A DNA stretch of 64,000 nt, from contig CAWDML010000003.1 of the NCBI GenBank assembly GCA_963803435.1, positions 864,001-928,000 of the forward strand, in the 5' to 3' direction. Made by a program: the position numbers and the translations under genes. Origin of the DNA: an uncultured delta proteobacterium (GTDB lineage: Bacteria > Myxococcota > Kuafuiibacteriia > Kuafuiibacteriales > Kuafuiibacteriaceae). This document shows, piece by piece, positions 18,614 to 26,534 of this stretch (position 1 is its first letter; each line of letters begins with the position of its first letter). The notes beneath the pieces are model-generated. The model searched no databases. It was given only the letters and a program-made list of their open reading frames with translations, and had not been told where the DNA came from.

Positions 18614-20005
18614 ATGCACGCGCTGGCTCTCGTAGCGGCTCTCACGGCGTCTTCTCCAGGCGGACCTGCCGAGCCGCTCACGCTGGAAGACGCGACCAAG
18701 ATTGCGCTCGAACACGCGAGCGAGATGGTTTTGGCCCGCGAGGACGTCATCCTCGTCGACGCCGAGTTCATGTCGGCCCTCTCTGCGATCCTCCCGCGCT
18801 TCGATCTGAACCTTTCGGCCGGAGAGTTCTTCGCCGGGAAGCGGATCATCGAGTCGCGAAACCCGGAGCCGGTCATCCTCCCCACGGAGCTCCCTCAGGT
18901 CACCTTCGGTCCCTACCGCGACGCGGTGACCAACAACTACAGCAATCCGGATCTTTCCCTGGGCATCACCGGGCGCCAGCTGATCTACGACGGCGGCCGG
19001 TGGTGGAACGTGCTCGATCGCGTGTCGGCGGTTCGCACGCAGCGCAACGCCGCCCTCGTCGGCGTCGAGAACCAGGTGAGGGCCGGCGTCGCGCGGACCT
19101 TCTACGGGCTCGAGAAGGCTCGCCGCGCCATCGAGACCCTGCGCGAGCAGCTCGCGTACGACCAGGCGCAGATCGAGCGCGCCCGCTCCTTGTACGAGGC
19201 TGGCCGCGGTCGCCGCGCCGACACCGCCATCGCCGAGCGGAACCTCGCCGCCGACGAGGTGACCCTCCAGGACTTCCTGCTCTCCGAGGCCAGGGCCCGA
19301 CGCGCCTTCAACCTCCAGCTGGGGCGCGACCCGCAGACACCCGCTCGGCTCTCCATCTCGCCGGCCGTCGTCTCCATCACCGACGAGCTCCCGCCCCGGT
19401 TCGTCCCGGCCACCGAGGCGCTCCTCTCGATCGCGCTCGCGAGCCGGCCCGAGCTCGAGGACATGCGTGCCCAGGTGCGCGCCCGCCAGGAGGAGGTCGA
19501 CATCGCCGGGGCCGACGACTGGCCGGTCGTCGGGCTCGAGAGCAGCTATCAGCGAAGCAGCCGCCGTCCCGATCGCGTGTTCAACAACCCGTTCGAGAAC
19601 TACATCGCTACGGTGCAGGTCGCGATCTCCTGGAACCTGTTCCAGGGTCTCGGGACCAAGGCCGCCGTGGAGGCGGCGCTGGTCGCGATGCGCCGCCAGG
19701 TCGAGGAGCTGGCGCGGCTCGAGCGCGAGGTGCGGGCCGACGTCGAGGATCGCTCCCAGGAGCTCGCCCGCCAGCGCGCGGTCTACGCGCTGGCCCGCCG
19801 CCAGATCGCCTCTGCTGACGAGGCGGTCGGTCTGGCTCGCGGCCTGTTCGCGGCCGGCCGCGGCACTGCGCTCGAGCTCCGCGATGCAGAGCTCGGCCTC
19901 ACCGAGGCCAAGCTGACGGCGCTCAACGCGCGACTCGATCTCGAGGTGGCGTTCGTGGATCTGGTGCGCGCGGTGGGCACCGCGGACTGGAGTACGGCGC
20001 GATGA
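18614..20005 (+). CDS. TolC-family outer membrane efflux protein
   Basis: Signal peptide, 'PLTLEDATKIALEH', two OEP repeats (LPRFDL; WPVVGL...WNLFQG); divergent from the MFP. Confidence 0.9.
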   Translation: MHALALVAALTASSPGGPAEPLTLEDATKIALEHASEMVLAREDVILVDAEFMSALSAILPRFDLNLSAGEFFAGKRIIESRNPEPVILPTELPQVTFGPYRDAVTNNYSNPDLSLGITGRQLIYDGGRWWNVLDRVSAVRTQRNAALVGVENQVRAGVARTFYGLEKARRAIETLREQLAYDQAQIERARSLYEAGRGRRADTAIAERNLAADEVTLQDFLLSEARARRAFNLQLGRDPQTPARLSISPAVVSITDELPPRFVPATEALLSIALASRPELEDMRAQVRARQEEVDIAGADDWPVVGLESSYQRSSRRPDRVFNNPFENYIATVQVAISWNLFQGLGTKAAVEAALVAMRRQVEELARLEREVRADVEDRSQELARQRAVYALARRQIASADEAVGLARGLFAAGRGTALELRDAELGLTEAKLTALNARLDLEVAFVDLVRAVGTADWSTAR

Positions 20006-21604
20006 TCAGAGCCGCGGTGCGAGGATCGGATCGAGGACCGCCTGCTTGTCGGTGTTGACCGTGATCCAGTCGTCCTGAAGGATACCCCCGGTGTCGCCCG
20101 AGTTCGGGTTCAGGCACCAGTAGGCGAAGCTGAGCGAACGCGTCCCGAGGTAGCCGGCGAGCGACGTCAGCCAGAGTCGATCGGTCTCGGTCTGATTCCG
20201 CGTCCCGAACTCTCCCAGCCATACGGGCGCCGTCCCCTCGGCCGCCAGGTAGCCCCAGTACTGATCCCACACCGAGGGCAGGTTGCTCGGATAGGCCGGA
20301 TCGTTGAACCAGGTCTGCTGATACACGCTCGCGGGATAGTCGTGCGGCGAGTAGACGACGCGGTCCGGGACGTCCAGCCGGACCGGGTTCGCGCCAGCGC
20401 CGGAGAGATTTCCACCCCACCAGTAGTGCGTGGTGCCGACCGTCTCCACGCCCTCGACGAAGATCAGCCAGTCCGGATTGACGGCGAGGATCGCGTTACC
20501 GCCCCGTTCGGCGGCGAGGCGCCAATCGGTGGCGAGGTTGCCGTCGCCCCAGGTGGCCGAGCCGTGGGGCTCGTTGTGCAGATCGGCGCCGATGACCGTC
20601 GGGTCACCTCGGTATCGGCTCGCCAGCATCTGCCAGTCGGCGATCCAGCGCGACTCGGGATACTGCGCCGTGTACCAGAGCTCGGATTGGGAGCCTGCGT
20701 CGGGACGGTGGCGGTCGAGGATGATGCGCAGGCCGCGCGTACCGGCTTGCTGGATCAGCGCGTCGAGGATCTCGACTCCGCTCTTGTCGCGAAGGTCCGG
20801 GTTCGCCGTGAAGTCGATGCCGTTGGGCGTCGAGCCGGCGTCGAACAGCTGGCTGGAGAACGGGACGCGGACGACGTTGTAGCCGAGCGATGCGATCTGA
20901 TCGAGGTAGCTGCCCAGGGAGCGCGGTTGCCACAGACCGTGCGGGGCGTAGTTCGGCGTCTCGAGGCCGAACCAGTTGATCCCGGTGAGCCGCACGACCG
21001 CGCCGTTCGAGTCGACAATCTGGGCGCCGCGCGTGTGAAGGTAGCCCGGTGTGGTCTCGGGGCTCGGCGTGACGCCGCCGTCGGGAGGCACGGTGGGGTC
21101 GGGATCGTTCGTGCCGGCGTCGCTGCAGCCGGCCGAGTGGGTGGCCGCCACCTCGAAGCTCAGGCCCGGTCCGTCGTGCCATTCGCCGTGGTCGTCCTGG
21201 TAGGTCGGATACGCCTCCCAGGTCCCGAGCGCATCGCCCTCCTGGAAGGGTCGCGACGCGGTCACGCGGACAGTGTCGTCGGGTGCGACGTCGAGCGGAC
21301 CCGCCTGGGGCGCCGCGTCGTCGTACGGTCCGCCCGCGTGGGTGGCGCCGGGACGCCGCATCGCAATCACGATCCGTTCGATGTGGAGCGTGCCGGCGGT
21401 GCTGTTCTTGTACTTGACCTGCCCGGCCTGTGTCTCGCCCAGCTCGACGCGCGCGCGATCGAGTGTGAGCTCGCCGACCACCTCGAAGCGCCCGTCATTG
21501 ATGGTCGCGGTGTCTGTCGCGACGAAGCCGGGCTCGCCTCCATTGCAGGCGATCACCGCCAACCACGCGCACGTGCTGAAAGAACATACGAAGAGCTTCG
21601 ACAT
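20006..21604 (-). CDS. GH5 endoglucanase (cellulase-type) lipoprotein with an extra N-terminal beta domain
   Basis: GINWFGLET, LHNEPH (acid/base Glu), SPHDY, WLGEFG (nucleophile Glu), YWCLNPNSGDTGG; lipobox VIAC; AAGGAGG RBS before ATG 21604. Confidence 0.93.
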   Translation of the reverse strand: MSKLFVCSFSTCAWLAVIACNGGEPGFVATDTATINDGRFEVVGELTLDRARVELGETQAGQVKYKNSTAGTLHIERIVIAMRRPGATHAGGPYDDAAPQAGPLDVAPDDTVRVTASRPFQEGDALGTWEAYPTYQDDHGEWHDGPGLSFEVAATHSAGCSDAGTNDPDPTVPPDGGVTPSPETTPGYLHTRGAQIVDSNGAVVRLTGINWFGLETPNYAPHGLWQPRSLGSYLDQIASLGYNVVRVPFSSQLFDAGSTPNGIDFTANPDLRDKSGVEILDALIQQAGTRGLRIILDRHRPDAGSQSELWYTAQYPESRWIADWQMLASRYRGDPTVIGADLHNEPHGSATWGDGNLATDWRLAAERGGNAILAVNPDWLIFVEGVETVGTTHYWWGGNLSGAGANPVRLDVPDRVVYSPHDYPASVYQQTWFNDPAYPSNLPSVWDQYWGYLAAEGTAPVWLGEFGTRNQTETDRLWLTSLAGYLGTRSLSFAYWCLNPNSGDTGGILQDDWITVNTDKQAVLDPILAPRL

Positions 21605-21623
21605 CGTCCCCTCCTTCTTGGTG

Positions 21624-21653
21624 ATGGAGGGACGACCTCGAGGTTTCGGGTCA
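21624..21653 (-). promoter_or_regulatory. Putative ECF-dependent promoter upstream of GH5
   Basis: TGACCCGAA-N13-CCCTCCAT, same arms and spacing as the motif at 22745-22774. Confidence 0.55.
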
Positions 21654-21718
21654 CGCGGTGCTCGGATTCGCGTGACAACCTCGAACGCCGCTCCGCAAGA
21701 TCGGGAGCTGGAACGTCG

Positions 21719-22747
21719 ATGACACCGGTGCTTCTCCTCGGGCTGCTCTGCACACCCGCTCGAACGGTCATCCTGGAGGCGCCCGCCGATCCGGAGGTGT
21801 TGCGTCGAGTCCTCGGTCAGCTCGGGGACCTGCCGCAGCAGATCGAGGTCGAGGCACGGACGTCGACGCTCGCGGACCCGCGCGCCCACGCCCGACAGCT
21901 CGCGGGCCGGCGCGCCGTCGAGGCGGTCGCCTGGATCGACGAGGACGCGAAGGGCGGCTTCCTCGTGACGGTGGTGCACCTCGACTCGGGCCGTCTTCTT
22001 TCGCGTCCGGTGCGGCCGGTCCGCGACCGTCCGCCCCGGCGGCGATCCGCGACCAAGGAGGCGGTCGCGCTGATCGTCCGCTCGACGCTCCAGGCGATGG
22101 AGTCCTGGCGCCGGAGGGACGACGCGCCGGCTCCATCGAAGAGGGCGCCGCCGCCGGAGCCGGAGCTCGAGGTGGAGGTCGAGCCGCCGCCGGTCGCGTC
22201 GAGCGCGCCGCTCGGGCTGGAGGCCGCGATCGGGTGGTCGGCGATGATCGATCGCGGGACGCTCGGACCTCACGGCCCGGAGGCGCGCGTGATGCTGCGC
22301 GCCGGGATCTGGGCGATCGGCGTGGAGGCGTCGACCGACGTCCCTCAGCACCTGCGGGACACGCTCGCGACGATCGAGGTCGTCCGCTACCGCGCGGCGC
22401 TCGGCGCAGGGATCGAGGCGGCGCGGCTGGGGCCGCTCGCGCTCACGCCCGCGCTGTCGGTCGGCGCGTCGATCCATCACCGCACCACGGTGGAGACGGG
22501 CGAGGGCGTTCGCGCGACCCCGCCCAGCACCGCGGTGGCGCTCGTGGTGCGAGGGGAGGCCCGCTTCGCTTATGACGCCGAGGCCCTGGGCGGTCGCGTC
22601 GGCGTCGAGCTGGGGTTGGGCGCCGACGGGTTTGTCGGTGTCCCGAGGATCGCCTATCAGCGCGGCGGCGAGACCGTGGGGCGGGCCCGCTCGTGGGCGG
22701 TCCAGCCCGAGTTGCGGCTCGGTCTCGTCTTTCGCACGGGGCCTTGA
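21719..22747 (+). CDS. Hypothetical exported protein with a C-terminal beta-barrel-like region (ECF cluster)
   Basis: Signal-like MTPVLLLGLLC; Pro linker; alternating beta strands ending 'LRLGLVF'. Confidence 0.65.
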   Translation: MTPVLLLGLLCTPARTVILEAPADPEVLRRVLGQLGDLPQQIEVEARTSTLADPRAHARQLAGRRAVEAVAWIDEDAKGGFLVTVVHLDSGRLLSRPVRPVRDRPPRRRSATKEAVALIVRSTLQAMESWRRRDDAPAPSKRAPPPEPELEVEVEPPPVASSAPLGLEAAIGWSAMIDRGTLGPHGPEARVMLRAGIWAIGVEASTDVPQHLRDTLATIEVVRYRAALGAGIEAARLGPLALTPALSVGASIHHRTTVETGEGVRATPPSTAVALVVRGEARFAYDAEALGGRVGVELGLGADGFVGVPRIAYQRGGETVGRARSWAVQPELRLGLVFRTGP

Positions 22748-22774
22748 CCCGAATGACGCGGAGGGGCCCTCCAT
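22745..22774 (+). promoter_or_regulatory. Putative ECF autoregulatory promoter
   Basis: TGACCCGAA-N13-CCCTCCAT directly upstream of the ECF sigma gene. Confidence 0.55.
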
Positions 22775-23318
22775 GACGGACGGCGTGCAGATCGATCCCC
22801 GCATCGCGTCGGCGGCGTCCGGCGATCGCAGCGCCGCCGACGGCCTGCTGCGCGAGCATCTGCCGCGGATCCGCAACCTGATCCGCTACTTGATCCGCGG
22901 AGATCGCGACGTGGACGATGTCGCCCAGCACGCCCTGATCGCGGTCCTGCGCGGCCTCCCCTCCTACCGGGGGGAGGGCCGCTTCGAGGCCTGGATCGAT
23001 CGTGTGACCGTCCGCGAGACATTCACCTACCTCCGGCGCGAGCGGAAGCAGGCCGACGCCCGGTCGCTGCCCTTCGACGTCGACACGATCGCGGTCGAGC
23101 ACCGTGGGACCTTTCTCGAGCGCCGGGAGACGGTCGAGCGGCTCGACACGCTGCCGGGCGATCAGCGCGCCGCGATCGTGCTGCACTACCTGGTCGGCAT
23201 GAGCGTGCCCGAGATGGCCGCCGCCACCGGCGTCTCCCAGGACACCGCCAAGAGCCGGATCCGACTCGGCATGGCCAAGCTCCGGCGCGCCGCGCAGGCC
23301 GAGGAGAAGATCGCATGA
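22773..23318 (+). CDS. ECF RNA polymerase sigma-70 factor
   Basis: Region 2 'DVDDVAQHALIAV...YRGEGRFEAWI'; region 4 'LPGDQRAAIVLHYLVGMSVPEMA...TAKSRIR'; start 22773 or GTG 22785. Confidence 0.92.
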   Translation: MTDGVQIDPRIASAASGDRSAADGLLREHLPRIRNLIRYLIRGDRDVDDVAQHALIAVLRGLPSYRGEGRFEAWIDRVTVRETFTYLRRERKQADARSLPFDVDTIAVEHRGTFLERRETVERLDTLPGDQRAAIVLHYLVGMSVPEMAAATGVSQDTAKSRIRLGMAKLRRAAQAEEKIA

Positions 23319-24067
23319 GCCGCAACGACGACCTCGCCCCCATCGATCTCGATCCGCGTCCTGGACCCGCGTTGCCGCTGTCCCGCGAGGACGAGGATCG
23401 GATCGTGGGCTCCGTGCTCGACGCGCACTTCGCAGCGCAAGCCGCCCCGCGGCGGCCCTGGCTTCCCATCCTGGCGGCGGCCGCCGTCCTGCTGGCGGTC
23501 TCGGGCGCGATGGCGGCGTGGATGGCGACCCCCGATCCGGTACCGCCTCGGCCTCGCCCTCCGCCCGCGAGCGCGCCGGTGATCGCGGCGCCGGATCCCC
23601 CGCCGGAGGTGGCGCCGCCCAGCCCGCCGATTCCACCCGGTCCGCCCTCCCGGCCGACCCGGCCCAGGCACGCGAAGCCCAAGGCCGCCGAGGATCTGCT
23701 GGCGAAGGCCAACGCGCTCCGCGCCAGGTCGCGCTGGCGCCGCGCGGAGTCGGTCTACGTCGAGGTCGCCGAGCGCTTTCCGGGGAGCGGATCCGCGTAC
23801 GTCGCGCTGGTGGCGGCAGGCGCGCTCCGGCTCGAGCATCTGGACGATGCTCGGCGGGCGCTCCAGCTCCTCGCCCGGGCGGCGCGTTTGCGGGAGAACG
23901 GCCCGCTCGACGCCGAGATCGTCTGGAACGAGAGCCGCGCACATCGCCGCCTCCACCACGATGAGGCCGAGCGCGCCTCGCTCCAACGCCTGCTCTCGCG
24001 GCACCCGTCGGCGCCGTTCTCGGAGGAGGCGCAGGCCAGGTTGCGCGCGCTCGGAGGCGATCGTTGA
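23315..24067 (+). CDS. Putative anti-sigma factor (single TM, Pro linker, periplasmic TPR)
   Basis: ATGA overlap with the sigma gene; TM 'WLPILAAAAVLLAVSGAMAAW'; TPR/YbgF-like 'VAERFPGS', 'LLSRHPSAP'. Confidence 0.72.
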   Translation: MSRNDDLAPIDLDPRPGPALPLSREDEDRIVGSVLDAHFAAQAAPRRPWLPILAAAAVLLAVSGAMAAWMATPDPVPPRPRPPPASAPVIAAPDPPPEVAPPSPPIPPGPPSRPTRPRHAKPKAAEDLLAKANALRARSRWRRAESVYVEVAERFPGSGSAYVALVAAGALRLEHLDDARRALQLLARAARLRENGPLDAEIVWNESRAHRRLHHDEAERASLQRLLSRHPSAPFSEEAQARLRALGGDR

Positions 24068-25398
24068 GGGCGGCGCTCCTGCTGTCGGCCGTGTGCGCGT
24101 GCGCGCGGACCGACGTGGCGGCGCTCCTGCCGCTGGAGGGAACGGCCGACGCGTCCGTCGATGCCGCCGACGCCGACACGTTCGACGCGAAGCCGAGCGG
24201 GTTCCCCAACGGGAGCATGCCGACGATCGTGATCGGACCGGTCTCCGATCTCTGCGCGCCCACGATCGCCGAGCACCGGTTCCGCTTCGCGCTGTGCTCG
24301 TGCGAGGACTTCGTCGCCGCGTCACCGCTCACCTCCGACTCGTTCGACAGCCGGAGCGGACCGTACCTCGCGGGCGGGAAGGGCGGCTCGGTCGGCGTCG
24401 ACCGCCACCTCAACGCGATGGGGCCGTTCTCGATCGAGGGCTCGCTCTGGGTGGGGGATCCGGGCGGGCTCCAGGCCGGCGCGGGCGGGCGTATCGACGT
24501 CGCCGGTGAGCTGCGGTCGGACGGTCCGCTCCTGAGCGAGGCCGAGGTCCGTGTCGACCACGACGCGTGGATCCGCGGTCGCGTGACGGCGGGCGATCTG
24601 TTCGTCGCTGGAACGCTGCGGCTCCCCTCCAACGAGCCCATCGAGGTCTCGGGGACCGAGGAGGTGGGCGTGGTCGAGCGTGCCGACTTCGACGTCGAGC
24701 CGCCCTGCGAGTGCGACGCCTCGCAGATTCTCGACGTGCCCGCCTTCGTGCGGGCCAACGCGGGCACGAACGACGACGCCGCCATCGGGCTCGATCCCTC
24801 GGCGTTGGTGGCCGTCTCGGGCCCGGCGCGCCTGGAGCTCCCCGGCGGGCGCTTCTACCTCGACGGGATCGCGGGCCCCGGCTCGCTGACGATCTCGGTG
24901 CTGGGGCGGGCCGCGCTGTTCGTGGCGGGCGACATCGCGCTCGAGAGCCCGCTCATCGTCGACGCGGCGCCGGGTGGCGAGCTCGATCTCTTCGTCGAGG
25001 GTGCGATCACCGGACGCTTCACGCTCGGCTCGCCCGATCGACCCGCGCACGTCCGCGTGTATCTCGGGACCTCGGGGACGCTCCGCCTGGAGGCCGGCGC
25101 GGTCCTCTCGGGCAATCTGTACGCCCCGCGGGCCGAGCTGCTGCTGGCGGCGCCGCTCGAGGTCTTCGGGTCGATCTTCGCGCGTCGCTTGAGCGCGGCG
25201 GATCTCACCGTGCACTACGACACGGCGGTGCTCGCCGCGGCCGACGACTGCCCCGAGAGTCCGCCGGCCACCTGCACCCGCTGCGACGACTGCCGGAGGA
25301 GCGCGTGTCGAGGCGGGGCCTGCGTACCCTGCACCGACAGCTCGGAGTGCTGCGCGCCGCTCTCGTGCGTCGACGGCGCCTGCCTCCCCGAGCCCTGA
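24064..25398 (+). CDS. Lipoprotein with beta-helix-like region and Cys-rich tail
   Basis: Lipobox VCAC; 'GNLYAPRA...FGSIFARR...VHYD' beta-solenoid pattern; C-terminal CxxC repeats. Confidence 0.7.
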   Translation: MRAALLLSAVCACARTDVAALLPLEGTADASVDAADADTFDAKPSGFPNGSMPTIVIGPVSDLCAPTIAEHRFRFALCSCEDFVAASPLTSDSFDSRSGPYLAGGKGGSVGVDRHLNAMGPFSIEGSLWVGDPGGLQAGAGGRIDVAGELRSDGPLLSEAEVRVDHDAWIRGRVTAGDLFVAGTLRLPSNEPIEVSGTEEVGVVERADFDVEPPCECDASQILDVPAFVRANAGTNDDAAIGLDPSALVAVSGPARLELPGGRFYLDGIAGPGSLTISVLGRAALFVAGDIALESPLIVDAAPGGELDLFVEGAITGRFTLGSPDRPAHVRVYLGTSGTLRLEAGAVLSGNLYAPRAELLLAAPLEVFGSIFARRLSAADLTVHYDTAVLAAADDCPESPPATCTRCDDCRRSACRGGACVPCTDSSECCAPLSCVDGACLPEP

Positions 25399-25408
25399 CG
25401 CGCCGGGA

Positions 25409-26491
25409 TCAGGCCGCGGCGGCGGTCGGGACGGCGGTGCGCAGGCGGTTGCGAAACATCAACGCCATCCCGGCCCCGGCCGCGAAGCCGCCGGCGTGCG
25501 CGAACCAGGCCACCTCCTGCGCGCCCGTGAGCCCCATGACCAGCTGATAACCGATCCAGAACCCGAGGTACCAGATCACGCCGATGCGGAAGCGGAAGAC
25601 GATGAAGACGACCCACATCTTCACGCGCGGGAAGAGGACCAGGTAGGCCCCCATCAGGCCTGCGATCGCGCCCGACGCGCCGAGCATCGGGATCGCGGCG
25701 CCCAGGTTGAAGAGCATGTGGAGCAGCCCGCCGGCGACGTTCGCGATCAGATAGAGGATGATGAAGCGCTTGGGCCCGAGCGCGTCCTCGACGTTGTCGC
25801 CGAAGACCCAGAGGAAATACAGGTTGCCCAGGATGTGCGCGAACCCGCCGTGCAGCAGGCCGTAGGTGACGAACGACCAGGGCGTGGGCGCGGCGGGCAC
25901 CAGCGCGAAGGTGCGGATGAGCGCCTCGTACGCCTCGGGACCCAGCGCGACCGCCGAGACGAGCTGGAGGACGAATACGACGCTCAGGATCGCGACCAGC
26001 GAGTAGACCACCACCGGGCGGTGTTTCACCGGGTTCCAGACCTCGATGGGGAAGCCGGTCAGGATCTGGAAGAGGTACGAGGGAAGCCCAGGCCGATCGA
26101 CGCCGAGCGCCTTGTTCTGTGCGTGCGCCCTCGCCCCGGCGACGATGTTGTAGAGCTTCGTGCCCTCGTCGCGATCGAGCCAGAGCCCGCGACAGCGGGG
26201 ACAGACGTCGACCTCGACCTGCTGCGAGTCGAACTTGACCTGGTAGACCTCGAGGAGCGAATGCCCGGTGGGACAGGCGAGCTTCGACTCACCGAGCGAC
26301 CTCGCGTTGTACTCCTCGCGCCAGTACTGCGGCTCGGCCGCCTCTCCGAAGATCGCGCCCGCCTCGCCCGGGTCGAGGAACATCCCGCCGCATCGACGGC
26401 AGTGATCGAGCTCGATGCCCTGATGGTTGAACGGGGAGAGCGGCCAGGAACATCGGGGGCACGAACGCACGCTCGGGAGGCTTGCATGCAA
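25409..26491 (-). CDS. Rhomboid intramembrane serine protease with two N-terminal zinc ribbons
   Basis: HILGN, GASG (catalytic Ser), WFAHAGGF (His); CPRC/CRRC and CPTGH/CPRC..WLD zf-TFIIB-like ribbons. Confidence 0.92.
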   Translation of the reverse strand: MHASLPSVRSCPRCSWPLSPFNHQGIELDHCRRCGGMFLDPGEAGAIFGEAAEPQYWREEYNARSLGESKLACPTGHSLLEVYQVKFDSQQVEVDVCPRCRGLWLDRDEGTKLYNIVAGARAHAQNKALGVDRPGLPSYLFQILTGFPIEVWNPVKHRPVVVYSLVAILSVVFVLQLVSAVALGPEAYEALIRTFALVPAAPTPWSFVTYGLLHGGFAHILGNLYFLWVFGDNVEDALGPKRFIILYLIANVAGGLLHMLFNLGAAIPMLGASGAIAGLMGAYLVLFPRVKMWVVFIVFRFRIGVIWYLGFWIGYQLVMGLTGAQEVAWFAHAGGFAAGAGMALMFRNRLRTAVPTAAAA

Positions 26492-26534
26492 GCCGCCGGA
26501 GAGCCAGGTTTACCGGGCCGGTTTCAGTCAAAGT

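Noticed and set aside
20006-22876. 956-aa GH5 ORF as supplied (and similarly over-extended ORFs for M43, TatD, AKR, desulfurase and crotonase)
   Set aside because: N-terminal extensions overlap real opposite-strand or upstream genes; starts were reassigned using RBS, lipobox and motif positions
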